Below, piece by piece: positions 1 to 9,205 of a stretch of DNA of 64,000 bases. A model generated the notes under the pieces. It was not told the DNA's origin, did no database searches, and saw nothing but the letters and a program-made list of their open reading frames with translations. The stretch is taken from contig OY970324.1 of the NCBI GenBank assembly GCA_963717005.1, positions 10,518 to 74,517 on the forward strand. Reading direction: 5' to 3'. Numbering within the stretch: the first letter of the stretch is position 1; the number at the start of each line of letters is the position of its first letter. A program made the position numbers and the translations under genes. The DNA is from an uncultured delta proteobacterium (GTDB lineage: Bacteria > Desulfobacterota > Binatia > Binatales > Binataceae).

Positions 1-1068
1 GCCCCACTTGTCGACTGCGGCGTCCGCTTCCGCGGCGCGCAGGCATGCGCGCATCGTCTCGGTGGTCATGATCATTTCGGCGATGCGATCGCGGACGTGC
101 GGCAGTGACATCGCGTCGCTGGCTTCCGCGATTCGCGCCGCCAGGCCCAGAACGAACTCGCTCTTCGCGACATTTTTCACGGCCACCTGATGCATCATGT
201 GCACGACGGCGCCGGTGCCCGCATACAACGCGTTGCATCGCGCAACGTCGCCGCACAGGAACACGCGCTCCCACGGCACCAGCACGTTGTCGAACACGAC
301 CACCGCGTCCATCTCGTCGAACCGCGACGCGAGCGGGTTGTCGAAGCGCGAGCGGCCGAGGTCGTAAGTGTCGCGGCAGAGAAACTTCAAACCCTTGGCG
401 TTGCAATTGATCGCAAACGACAGCGCGAACGGCTCCGCCGCCGGCTCGGCCTTCAGCACGGTCGAGGGAAACACGAGCAGCTCCTCCGACAGCGGCGCGA
501 GCGTCGCGAGCATGCGGCATCCGCTGACGACGATGCCGTCGCTGGTCTTTTCGACCAGCTTGAGCGCGAGGTCGGCGTCAGTTTGTCCTGCCCATCCCGC
601 GGCGCGGCTCGCGCGCGGATTGACGAGCGTATGGGTCGCGCACCAATCGTGATGGCGCGCCTCCATATAGTAGTTCCAGATATTGTCGCCGTGGCGCGGA
701 TCGCTCTCGGCGAAAAATTCCCGCGCGGCGGCCATCGCGGCGAGACTCACGTTGAGGTAATCCGGCGTGCGCCCGAGCATCCCGCAGCCGAAGTCCGCCC
801 AGGTCTTCATCATGCGCGTGCGCTTGCGCAAGTCGTCGGCGGTTTTCGGGATGATGAACGACATGCCCGCGCGGCCGCCGTCGTCGGTGCGAAACGTCAT
901 CGTCTCCGGATGCTCCATCTGCATGTCGTAGAGCGACGCGACCGAGCGCGCGCAGTTCGCAAACGCCGGATGCGCGGTGACGTCGCCGGCGCGCGCGCCG
1001 CCGATCCAGATTTCGGCGCCGAGCTTCTTCAGCGACGACAGATAATTGTTGCCCGAGCGCGCGCCCAT
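1..1068 (-). CDS. HpaB/TftD-family flavin-dependent monooxygenase, oxygenase component (partial; 3' end beyond window start)
   Basis: The minus-strand translation from ATG at 1066-1068 reads MGARSGNNYLSSLKKLGAEIWIGGARAGDVTAHPAFANCARSVASLYD...GRTPDYLN...SRFDEMDAVVVFDNVLVPWERVF. This matches the conserved N-terminal region of 4-hydroxyphenylacetate 3-monooxygenase large subunit. It is not in the ORF track because it runs off the window edge. Confidence 0.65.
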   Translation of the reverse strand, partial: MGARSGNNYLSSLKKLGAEIWIGGARAGDVTAHPAFANCARSVASLYDMQMEHPETMTFRTDDGGRAGMSFIIPKTADDLRKRTRMMKTWADFGCGMLGRTPDYLNVSLAAMAAAREFFAESDPRHGDNIWNYYMEARHHDWCATHTLVNPRASRAAGWAGQTDADLALKLVEKTSDGIVVSGCRMLATLAPLSEELLVFPSTVLKAEPAAEPFALSFAINCNAKGLKFLCRDTYDLGRSRFDNPLASRFDEMDAVVVFDNVLVPWERVFLCGDVARCNALYAGTGAVVHMMHQVAVKNVAKSEFVLGLAARIAEASDAMSLPHVRDRIAEMIMTTETMRACLRAAEADAAVDKWG

Positions 1069-1069
1069 C

Positions 1070-1930
1070 TCAGATGATCTCGTTGAGCAGCGGCAGGCGG
1101 CGGCGGATTCGCTCGGCGGCGTCGGCCGGCGCCATGTACGGCGGCCGCGCCGGGCCCATCTCGATTCCGGTCGCGACCGACGCGGTGACCTTGGTGGTGC
1201 CGAGATGGCCGAGCGTTTCCTCGCCGCCGCGCGGGAAACACCGATTGAGCCGGCGCTGAATTGCTTCGGCGTGCTTGTAGTCGCCGGCCCTGTAGGCCTT
1301 GAGCAGCGCGACCGCGGCGGGCACCGCGAAAATATTGATGAAGCCGCCGGCCGCGCCGAGCATCAACCCGGCGAGCATCGCGCGAAACGTGTTGTAGATG
1401 TCCGCGCGGCCGTCCACCTCGTCGTAGAGCGCCTCGAGATGCTGCAAATCGGTCAGCACTTCCTTGAATGCGACGACGCCGGGAATCGTCGCGAGCTTGC
1501 CCGCGAAACGCGGCGTGATGTTGAACTTGCTGAGCGCCGGGTTGTGGTAGATGACGACGGGCAGGTCGCCGGCCTCGGCAATCATGCGGTAGTGGCGCTC
1601 GACTTCGGCCTCGCCGCAGCGCCAGTAATACGGCGGGATCACCTGCTGCGCGTCGTAACCGAGGCGCGCCGCGATTTTCGCATAGCGCAGAGTTTCGAGC
1701 GTGGTCGCGCCCGAGGTCATCGCGACGGCCGAGATATTTGGCCGCTTGCGCGTCTCCTCGATGACGATTTCAAACACGCGCGTGCGCTCGGCTTCGTCCA
1801 TGTGCAGGAATTCGCCGATACTCGGCGCCGCGACGACGCCGTGTGCGCCCGAGGCAATCGCCCACTGAACTTCGCGCCGCAGCGCGTCCTCATTGAGCCG
1901 GTAGTCGTCGTGGAACGGCGTCACCAGCAT
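1070..1930 (-). CDS. DapA/DHDPS-NAL family lyase (dihydrodipicolinate synthase-like aldolase)
   Basis: The ORF 1070..2425 contains MLVTPFHDDYRLNEDALRREVQWAIASGAHGVVAAPSIGEF...VVIYHNPALS, which is typical DHDPS-family. The start is taken at the internal ATG (about 287 aa), preceded by a GGAGG RBS. The remainder of the tool ORF is an Arg-rich readthrough. Confidence 0.7.
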   Translation of the reverse strand: MLVTPFHDDYRLNEDALRREVQWAIASGAHGVVAAPSIGEFLHMDEAERTRVFEIVIEETRKRPNISAVAMTSGATTLETLRYAKIAARLGYDAQQVIPPYYWRCGEAEVERHYRMIAEAGDLPVVIYHNPALSKFNITPRFAGKLATIPGVVAFKEVLTDLQHLEALYDEVDGRADIYNTFRAMLAGLMLGAAGGFINIFAVPAAVALLKAYRAGDYKHAEAIQRRLNRCFPRGGEETLGHLGTTKVTASVATGIEMGPARPPYMAPADAAERIRRRLPLLNEII

Positions 1931-1980
1931 CGCCAAAATTCCGTGTGCAAGTTTCAAAACGTACCTCCGGCAGAGTCGCG

Positions 1981-2877
1981 TTACGCGGCTTCGCGCTCGG
2001 CGCCGCTGAATGAGGGTTGAAAATAAAAGATTGCCTGGCCGGTTCCGATTGCGGCCTCGTATTTTCCAAATTGCTCGCCGCGCCAGGTCCACGAGTCGCC
2101 GCCCATCGCGCCGGCCATCGTGAGGTAATGCGAGAAGCGGCCTTCGGGCGAGCAGTGTGTGCGATAGTCCTCGGCGGCGGATAGCACCGCGTCGTGCCGT
2201 CCCTGCCTGAACCATTCCATGATTCGTTCGTCGTAGAGGCGGTTGGCGGTTGACGCGATGTCGTCGGGCGACGCCGACGCGCGATCGAGGATTCGATCGT
2301 AGTCCCAGAACTTGTGCGACATCCCGCCAGAGGCCACGATCACGACCCGCCGATTCGACTTCCAGATAGCCTGCCCAATAGCCATTCCATAAGACAGGTC
2401 GTTTTTGATCGATGCCGTTTGGCACACGCTCACCGAGAGCACGCGACGGCGCGCCTCGTAATTGAAATAGTACATCACGTTGAGCGTCGGATAGTGCATC
2501 GGCAAGTTGGGATGCGCCGACGCGATCGCACGAATTCCCCGCTCCCGCGCCTCCATTTCGACTGCGCGCGCCAGCTCGGCATCGCCGCGGTAGTCATATT
2601 CGAGGCCATGCAGCATGGCGGGCAGCTCGTCCGAAGTATATACACCCGAGAGCCGCTCGTGAGCATTGAGTATGTACTCCAAAGTAGAGAACCAGTGAGT
2701 ATCGATTAGCAAGAAGGTATCGAAGTCGAGATGGCGCAGGCGCTCGCGTTCGAGCTTGGGCATCGCGTCGTAGAAAGTCGTGACGTTGCGGCCCATGTAG
2801 GCGCGGCGCGCGATCGGATCGGTGATCATCAGGCGCGGTACGTGGGTGGTGAACACGGTGGCGACGACCTTACCCAT
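1981..2877 (-). CDS. hpaD: 3,4-dihydroxyphenylacetate 2,3-dioxygenase (LigB-family class III extradiol dioxygenase, HpcB/HpaD-like)
   Basis: MGKVVATVFTTHVPRLMITD...DTHWF...GVYTSDELP...ASGGMSHKF...GTGQAIFYFQP aligns along its length with E. coli HpcB. The start at 2877 has a GGAGGA RBS. An 8-nt overlap with the upstream ALDH stop indicates an operon. Confidence 0.8.
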   Translation of the reverse strand: MGKVVATVFTTHVPRLMITDPIARRAYMGRNVTTFYDAMPKLERERLRHLDFDTFLLIDTHWFSTLEYILNAHERLSGVYTSDELPAMLHGLEYDYRGDAELARAVEMEARERGIRAIASAHPNLPMHYPTLNVMYYFNYEARRRVLSVSVCQTASIKNDLSYGMAIGQAIWKSNRRVVIVASGGMSHKFWDYDRILDRASASPDDIASTANRLYDERIMEWFRQGRHDAVLSAAEDYRTHCSPEGRFSHYLTMAGAMGGDSWTWRGEQFGKYEAAIGTGQAIFYFQPSFSGAEREAA

Positions 2878-4346
2878 CGTGGTCCTCCTCGCCGTAGGCG
2901 ACGCACACGAGTTTCGGCTCGGTCCAGAACTCCATGCTGAAGCGGCCGCCCTGCCTGCCAAGCCCGCTCATCTTTGAGCCTCCAAACGGGACGCGCAGAT
3001 CGCGCAGGAAAAAGCTGTTGACCCAGACCATCCCGGTTTTGATCTTTTCGGCGACCCGCAGCGCGCGATCGACGTTCGCGGTCCAGACGTAGGCGGCGAG
3101 GCCGAAGCGCGTGGCGTTGGCGAGGGCGACCGCCTGATCTTCGTCGTCGAAGCGCTCGACCGTGAGCACCGGCCCGAAGATTTCCTCGGACACGGCGCGC
3201 GAGTTCGCATCGACGCCGTCGAGCAGTGTCGGCAGATAGTAAAATCCTCGGGCGGGTTCGGCGGGAGTCTTTCCGCCGGCCAAAATGTTAGCTCCGTTCG
3301 CGACCGCATCGGCGACGAACGAATGCACGCGCTCGCGATGCGCGCCGGAAATCAGGGGGCCGTACTCGGTGCCGTCGGCCAGCGGGTCGCCAATCCTGAG
3401 GGTCGCGATCTCGGCGGCCAACAGTTCGAGAAAATTCTCGGCGACCCGGCGGTCAACCAGCAAGCGCGAGCCCGCGACGCACGATTGTCCCTGGCTGCGG
3501 TAGATCGAGCGCGCGACACCGGCCGCCGTCCGCTTCAGACTCGCGTCTACAAAGACCAGATTCGGCGACTTGCCGCCGAGTTCGAGGGTGACCCGCTTGA
3601 GCGATTCGGCCGCCGACCCCATCACCCGCCGGCCGGTCGCGACACCGCCGGTAAACGCGACCGCGTCCACACCCGGATGCGAGACCAGCGCCGCGCCGGC
3701 GTCGCCGAGACCCGGCACGATATTCAGCACGCCCGCCGGCAGGCCGGCCTCGTTTGCGATCTCGCCAAGCGCAATCGAAGTCAGCGGCGCCAGCTCGGAC
3801 GGCTTGAGCACGCAGGTGTTCCCCGCCGCCAGGCACGGCCCGAGGTTCCAGGTCGCGAGCATCAGCGGAGAGTTCCACGGGATGACGATCGCGCCGACGC
3901 CGACCGGCGGCCGCTGCGTGACGCTCATGAGTTTCAGATCGCGGCCGAGAAATTTCGCGTCGCTGCCGGCGGCCTCATGCGTCCAGGTCTGTGCGACGGC
4001 GGCAAAAAATCGCAGGTTGCGCGCGGCGCGCGCAACATCGTGATTGACGCACTCCGACAGCGGTTTGCCGACATCACGCGCCTCGAGCGTGCCCAACTCG
4101 CGCGCGCGTTTCTCGATGCCGTCCGCCATTTTATTGAGGATGCCCGCGCGCGCGTCGGCGTTCATGCGCGGCCACGGCCCGCGATCCGCGGCTTCGCGCG
4201 CCGCATCGACCGCACGACTCACGTCGTCGTCGCTCGCACTCGACACTTGCGCCAGCTCGCGCTCGGAGGCCGGCTCGAACGTCGGGGAAAAGCGCCGACT
4301 TGGCCGCGTCAACGTAGCGTCCGGCGATGAACAATCTCGTTTCCAT
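2870..4346 (-). CDS. NAD-dependent aldehyde dehydrogenase (HpaE-like semialdehyde dehydrogenase) with a +1 frameshift near 4285
   Basis: The ALDH body (GPWPRMNADARAGILNKMAD...VLKPSELAPLTSIA...ELGGKSPNLVF...EEIFGPVL) is in the frame of ORF 2870..4390. The genuine N-terminus METRLFIAGRYVDAAKSALFP lies in the frame of ORF 4131..4487 (ATG about 4346). The two frames meet at the homopolymer ttttcccc (minus strand, about 4280-4290). Confidence 0.75.
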
Positions 4347-4477
4347 TTCGCTGTTGGATAAAGTCTCGCGGATTCGCTGAAACATAGCAAAACCGCGCGC
4401 CGGTGGTATCTCTGCGACGCTTACCTTGACGGCTGATAGCAACGGCCCTAACCTGCCATCAGGCGCCGGTTGTAATC

Positions 4478-5131
4478 GTGGCTGCATTACCCACTACCAT
4501 TCCGATCTTTCCGCTGCCCAACCTCGTGTTGTTTCCCGGGTTGAGCGTGCCGCTGCATATTTTCGAGCCGCGCTATCGCGAGATGATCGCCAACGTCGCC
4601 AACGCGCACGGCATGATTGGGATGGCGCTGCTCAAGGGCGATTGGCAGGCCGACTATCATGCCTTTCCCGACATTTTCGAGATCGGATGCGCGGGCAAGA
4701 TCGGCGGCCTCGTCAAGCTTGCCGACGGACGCTACAACCTGGTGCTCGAGGGCGTCGGCGAGTTTCGCATCGCGCGCGAGATCCGCGATCGCTCCTATCG
4801 ACAGGCGGAAGTGACATGGTGTCCGGTGCGGCGCGAGGCTCTCGATTGCGACGCTGAGACGATGGACGCCTTGCGCGAGATGCTCTTCAGCTACCTCGGC
4901 GAGCCGGCGCACGAGGCTTGGCGCACAATCGTCGAGCAGCGCGGCTTGCGCGGCGCCGAGCTTATCAACTTCCTGTGCTTTCATCTCGATATCACGCCGC
5001 TCGAAAAGCAGACCCTGCTCGAAGCGCTGGCGGACCGGGTCGATTGCCTGCTCGATGTGCTGACCTTCAAGCTGGAAGAGCGCAAGCATGGGCCCACAGG
5101 CACCAGCGGCGGTCCCGACACCGTTCAGTAG
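4478..5131 (+). CDS. LON N-terminal (substrate-binding, PUA-like) domain protein, stand-alone
   Basis: IPIFPLPNLVLFPGLSVPLHIFEPRYREMI is the hallmark of the Lon N-terminal domain PF02190. The start is GTG. There is no AAA or protease domain. Confidence 0.7.
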   Translation: MAALPTTIPIFPLPNLVLFPGLSVPLHIFEPRYREMIANVANAHGMIGMALLKGDWQADYHAFPDIFEIGCAGKIGGLVKLADGRYNLVLEGVGEFRIAREIRDRSYRQAEVTWCPVRREALDCDAETMDALREMLFSYLGEPAHEAWRTIVEQRGLRGAELINFLCFHLDITPLEKQTLLEALADRVDCLLDVLTFKLEERKHGPTGTSGGPDTVQ

Positions 5132-5502
5132 CGGCAGTCCAACATGAGCGAGGGGCGCAGCCGATGTATGGCAGGCGCGCGACACATTGCGGGCGTTTTG
5201 TGGCCAAATCGTAACGCTTGTCGCAAATGAGTCAGCATGCGCACAAGGGCGACCATTTTCGCAAAATGCGTATTTGTTTGCGAAAAGTTAGAGTTCTTAT
5301 GGATTTCTCACATGATAGAGACCCGAATTGGGGTTCATGAGAGCTTAACATGTTGGCTAAATTGTATTAGGGCAGTTGCCGATAAATTCGGCATGATCGT
5401 TGCTTCTTTCCTAGCCGAACGAATAACAGTCGGATTCCCGGCATCGTCATGACACCTCCGACGGCGGGGGCAACAGGCACGATCGGGTGAGGACAAAGTA
5501 CG

Positions 5503-5943
5503 ATGGAATGGGAAAATAGCGCACTCGGAAATCTCTTCGTGCCAGACGTTTTGACGCCTGAGCAGTTTTATGACAGCCGGCGTGACGACAGTACGATCCG
5601 CCCGGTCAAGAAGCTGATGATGGCGATACTGGAAGACGCACTTCGATGCTTCCAGAATAACGCCGACGCCAAGGGCGGCCCGCGCAAGCGCCTGTTCAGC
5701 GAAGCTGAGCAATGGCTTATCGGCGAAGGCGGAGAGGGGCCGTTCTCGTTCGAGACCGTGTGCGAGACGCTTGGGATCGAGCCGCAATTTTTGCGCAGAG
5801 GCCTGCGGGACTGGCGGACTCAGCAGCTTGCTGGAGTGTCCACGCGACGCCTGGCAAGGCGGTCGCCGGTGGTGCGCAGCGGCCGGATCAGTGCTCCAGC
5901 GCGTCGCGATGCGAAGCGCACGGCGTCGGCCCAAGCTCGCTAG
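5503..5943 (+). CDS. hypothetical protein (146 aa), unrecognised family
   Basis: A clean ORF with non-biased composition, preceded by an AT-rich 5' region and followed by hairpins including a T-tailed terminator. No motif was recognised. Confidence 0.4.
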   Translation: MEWENSALGNLFVPDVLTPEQFYDSRRDDSTIRPVKKLMMAILEDALRCFQNNADAKGGPRKRLFSEAEQWLIGEGGEGPFSFETVCETLGIEPQFLRRGLRDWRTQQLAGVSTRRLARRSPVVRSGRISAPARRDAKRTASAQAR

Positions 5944-5997
5944 AAGGCACTCTCCCGGCGCGAATTTGTGCCGGGCCAATTTCTCCAAGAATAGAAA

Positions 5998-6043
5998 GGC
6001 GGCGCGACATCTCTTACGAGATGCTGCGCCGCCTAAATTTTTT
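5998..6043. terminator. Rho-independent terminator hairpin (GC stem, then TAAATTTTTT); possibly bidirectional for the converging genes
   Basis: ggcggcgcgac-atctcttacgagat-gctgcgccgcc is followed by taaatttttt on the plus strand and preceded by an A-run (a T-run on the minus strand). Confidence 0.5.
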
Positions 6044-6102
6044 CACCCCAGCGCGAAGTCAGGATTGGCGCCGTTGACGCCAGTCCCCTGCTCTCAGGTA
6101 CC

Positions 6103-6468
6103 TCAGTGCGGAGTGGCTGCCGCAGGTGCGCCGGGTGCCGGAGCTTTAGCCGCTACCGCTCCGTTTGCCGGAGGAGGTACGTAGCCCTTGGGCTGCGCCT
6201 GAACCCACTGCTCACAAGCAGGAATATCTTGCTGTTCGACAGATTCCTGCTGCATAATCTGCTCATCAGACCAGCCGTGCTTCTTCTCCCAGTGCACGCC
6301 GGGGCACTTGACAGCCAGGTTGAAATTTCTAGCGGTTGAAGTCACTGCCTCCGAGGGCGCGGGCGCCGTGGAACCGCCTGCGCCTGTGGTGCTGGTACTC
6401 TGACTCGAGCAACCGGCGATCAACAATGCCAGCCCCGATGCTAGCGCCAATCCGATCTTCCGTTTCAT
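6103..6468 (-). CDS. small lipoprotein (signal peptide plus lipobox LIAGC), Ala/Pro-rich C-terminus
   Basis: MKRKIGLALASGLALLIAGCSS... The start is at the internal ATG (6468), with AAGGAGGA RBS 7 nt upstream. Confidence 0.6.
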   Translation of the reverse strand: MKRKIGLALASGLALLIAGCSSQSTSTTGAGGSTAPAPSEAVTSTARNFNLAVKCPGVHWEKKHGWSDEQIMQQESVEQQDIPACEQWVQAQPKGYVPPPANGAVAAKAPAPGAPAAATPH

Positions 6469-6588
6469 GGCATCCTCCTTCAATCTAGGAACCCCTCCCA
6501 CTACCGAGCTAACATGCCTATCCGCCGTTCGTTTAAGCAGGGCCAAAATACACCGTTCGGAAAAATTAGCAAACCCCCCGTAATTCGC

Positions 6589-7584
6589 TCATAACGCCTG
6601 GAACACGGTTTGTTCACCCCGCTCCGACCGCCGCGCCCGGCCTTCAAAACAGGCAAGTTCCAGGTGCGCGAGGGTCTCGAAGGTCGCCGCCATCACGTGG
6701 AATATCGGCCGTTCCTCGCCGCCAAATACTTGCTGTGCAATTTCGAATGCCGTCTGCGGCGCCTGGCGCGTCAAATCGAGCATTTCCGCCTCGCGATAGC
6801 GGTGATGCTCGATCAACTGATTCGCGCGATGGCGATGGTCGTGATAGACGCCGCCGTGCGCCGGCAGAACCAGCTCAACGTCGAACTTCTGCACTTTCAG
6901 CTGCGACGCGATGAAGTCGCCGAGCGGGTTGGTCCCGGCCGCGTCGGGATAAATTCCCACGTGTGGCGTAATTTTGGGCAACAGGTGATCGCCGACGATC
7001 ATCACCTTCTCTTTGCGCAGATAAATCACGTTGTGACCCGGCGAATGTCCCGGCGTCCAGATCACTTCCAGCTCGCGGTCGCCGATTTTGACCACGTCGT
7101 GATCGTCGATGTACTTGTCGGGATTGGTGACCGGTCCGTACATCGAGGTCCCCATCCACGACGGCCGCATTCCGCTCGGCGAGAACTGTTCGATCGGAAA
7201 TCCGTGCCGGGCGAAAAACGCGCGCGATTCGGGCCGGTCGTGCGGCGCCATCTTGCCGAACTCGATCATCCTGCCCGCGCGCTCCGCTTCCAGGCGATGA
7301 ATGTGGGTGACCGCATGACTGCGCCGGCGAATCTCGCCGGAGGCGCCGAAGTGATCGATATGATGATGGGTCGCAACGATCGCGTCGAGATCCTCGATCT
7401 TGATATCGACCTCTGCCAGCGCCTGCTCGAGTGCCGCGATGCTCTCGGGCGAGTTCATGCCGGTGTCCACCAGCGTCCACGCGCCGTGACAGTCGATCAA
7501 ATAGACGTTGATGATCGTCGGCCGCATCGGCAGCGGCAGAAAAATCTCGTAGATACCCGGGTGGACCTCAACTATTTTCGCCAT
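6589..7584 (-). CDS. MBL-fold metallo-hydrolase
   Basis: The ATHHHIDHFG motif plus downstream His/Asp ligands (WTPGHSPGH, VGDH, PAHG). Confidence 0.8.
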   Translation of the reverse strand: MAKIVEVHPGIYEIFLPLPMRPTIINVYLIDCHGAWTLVDTGMNSPESIAALEQALAEVDIKIEDLDAIVATHHHIDHFGASGEIRRRSHAVTHIHRLEAERAGRMIEFGKMAPHDRPESRAFFARHGFPIEQFSPSGMRPSWMGTSMYGPVTNPDKYIDDHDVVKIGDRELEVIWTPGHSPGHNVIYLRKEKVMIVGDHLLPKITPHVGIYPDAAGTNPLGDFIASQLKVQKFDVELVLPAHGGVYHDHRHRANQLIEHHRYREAEMLDLTRQAPQTAFEIAQQVFGGEERPIFHVMAATFETLAHLELACFEGRARRSERGEQTVFQAL

Positions 7585-7665
7585 CGATTACTCTCAGTGG
7601 CTGGTTTCGCATGACTTGGAAGTCCTTGCGCTCCGCCGCTTGCTCCGTGACCGCGACTCAACCGA

Positions 7666-7878
7666 TCACTCGTGCAGCTCGTCTTTCACCTGGAAGGTCA
7701 CTTTGACACTCACCTTCCATCGCACCACCTTGTTGGCCTCGACCATCGCGTCGATGTTCGTGACGTGCGCGGTGTGGATGCCGTTGATCGTCACGCCGGC
7801 GCGTGAGATTGCCAATTGCACGGCTTCCTCGACCGAGTTGGCCGAGATGCCCGTGAGGTCGATTGTTTTTTCAACCAT
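7666..7878 (-). CDS. dodecin family flavin-binding protein (about 70 aa)
   Basis: MVEKTIDLTGISANSVEEAVQLAISRAGVTINGIHTAHVTNIDAMVEANKVVRWKVSVKVTFQV matches the dodecin fold signature (SxxSWEDA...kvtf). Alternative TTG start at 7887. Confidence 0.65.
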   Translation of the reverse strand: MVEKTIDLTGISANSVEEAVQLAISRAGVTINGIHTAHVTNIDAMVEANKVVRWKVSVKVTFQVKDELHE

Positions 7879-8068
7879 AACGCTCAACCGCTCCCGGGGA
7901 GGTGATTCGCGCGATTGTTTGACGCTTCGACTCGCGCGGCGCTACGCTCGCCCCTGCACAGTGGTTAGCGCACGGCGAGAAGTGAAACAAGGCGACATCG
8001 CGCGAAGGCGCTCTGCGACACCCTGAATCGAAGCGCGCGATTGGTCAGCCCGGCTGGAGAGTTTGTAG

Positions 8069-9139
8069 TTGTCAGTCAAAATCGAGTCGCCATCCGGCGA
8101 AGAAGCGCTCACCGAGTTCGTACTTTTTCAGCATCGGGTTTACGAATATCGCGGCGCGCGATGGGCCGCGATGGTCGCGGTCCAGTTGCCGATTCTGATG
8201 GGCGAGGGACCGTTCGCCGCCGGCCGAATGATTCGGCCGTTCACCGCGCGGGTTGACGGCAACCTGGTCGCGCGCGCCGTCGCAATCATCGACAGCCACT
8301 ACCAGCGTCATTGGAACGAACCGCTCGGACACATCGTCATGTTCGAGGCGCTGCCCAACAGTCGCGACGCCGTGAATTCGATGATGGATGCGGCGTCGGA
8401 GTGGATGAAAGCGAACGGCGCGACCGCGGCGCGCGCCGGCTACGGCCTGCTCGAATTTCCGTTCGTGATCGACGATTACGAAACCCTGCCGCCCGACATC
8501 GCGCGCCAGAATCCCGCCTACTACCACGCGCTGCTCAAGGATGCCGGCTTCGAGACCGAGCGCGGATGGGTTGACTATAAGATTGAGGTGACGCCGGAAC
8601 TGGTCGCGCGCTACGAAAGCGCACTCGAAGCGAGCCGTCGCGCCGGTTTTCAAATCGTCGCGTTGGAGGACATTCCGGCCGCGCGGCGCATCCGCGATTT
8701 CGAGCACACCTGGAACACCGCATTCGCGCATCATTGGGGCGCGACTCCCTTCACCACCGATGAACTCAAATTCCTTTTCGATTTCTTCGCCATGTCGGGC
8801 GCGCTCGCGACTTCGGTGCTGGCCTATCGCGACGGCGAGCCGGTCGGCGCCCTGATGGTCACGCCGCCAAATGCCGACGGCGCGATTCTCAAGCGCGGCC
8901 GCAGGCTCGCCGACGACGAGAAACTGAACTTCCTGGGAATCGGCGTGCTCGAGCAGGCGCGCGGCCGCGGCGTCAACCTCGCGATGGCGGCGTATTCGTA
9001 CCTGCGCCTGATCCGCAGCGGCGCGAAGTATCTGAGCTACACGCTGGTGCTCGACGACAACTGGCCGTCGCGCCGGACCGCGGAAAAACTCGGCGCCAAA
9101 GTCTGCGCCAACTACGTCACCTACCGCCGCTCGTTGTGA
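8069..9139 (+). CDS. hypothetical protein with a C-terminal GNAT-like acyltransferase fold
   Basis: The C-terminal LGIGVLEQARGRGVNLAMAAYSYLRLIRSGAKYLSYTLVLDDNWPSRRTAEKLGAKV resembles a GNAT fold. The N-terminal half is unrecognised. The start is uncertain (TTG at 8069, or a later ATG). The overlapping minus ORF 8072..9205 is an Arg-rich shadow. Confidence 0.5.
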   Translation: MSVKIESPSGEEALTEFVLFQHRVYEYRGARWAAMVAVQLPILMGEGPFAAGRMIRPFTARVDGNLVARAVAIIDSHYQRHWNEPLGHIVMFEALPNSRDAVNSMMDAASEWMKANGATAARAGYGLLEFPFVIDDYETLPPDIARQNPAYYHALLKDAGFETERGWVDYKIEVTPELVARYESALEASRRAGFQIVALEDIPAARRIRDFEHTWNTAFAHHWGATPFTTDELKFLFDFFAMSGALATSVLAYRDGEPVGALMVTPPNADGAILKRGRRLADDEKLNFLGIGVLEQARGRGVNLAMAAYSYLRLIRSGAKYLSYTLVLDDNWPSRRTAEKLGAKVCANYVTYRRSL

Positions 9140-9205
9140 TGCCTCGCTCGGCCTGCTCGATCGCGTTAAATCTCGTGGCGCGGAGCACGCGCAGGATGAC
9201 AGCAA

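Noticed and set aside
190-1077. A 295-aa plus-strand ORF over the hpaB region
   Set aside because: It is Arg/Ala-rich with low-complexity composition typical of antisense shadow ORFs in high-GC DNA. The opposite strand encodes a well-conserved HpaB-family protein.
1921-1980. An apparent 1-nt coordinate inconsistency between the displayed sequence lines and the ORF-track coordinates, seen near 1921-1980 and again near 27160
   Set aside because: A formatting issue (a displayed line one character short), not biology. ORF-track coordinates were used as authoritative.
8072-9205. A 377-aa minus-strand ORF opposite the GNAT-like gene
   Set aside because: It has extreme Arg/Ala bias and no motifs. 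The plus-strand ORF has normal composition and a recognisable C-terminal fold.
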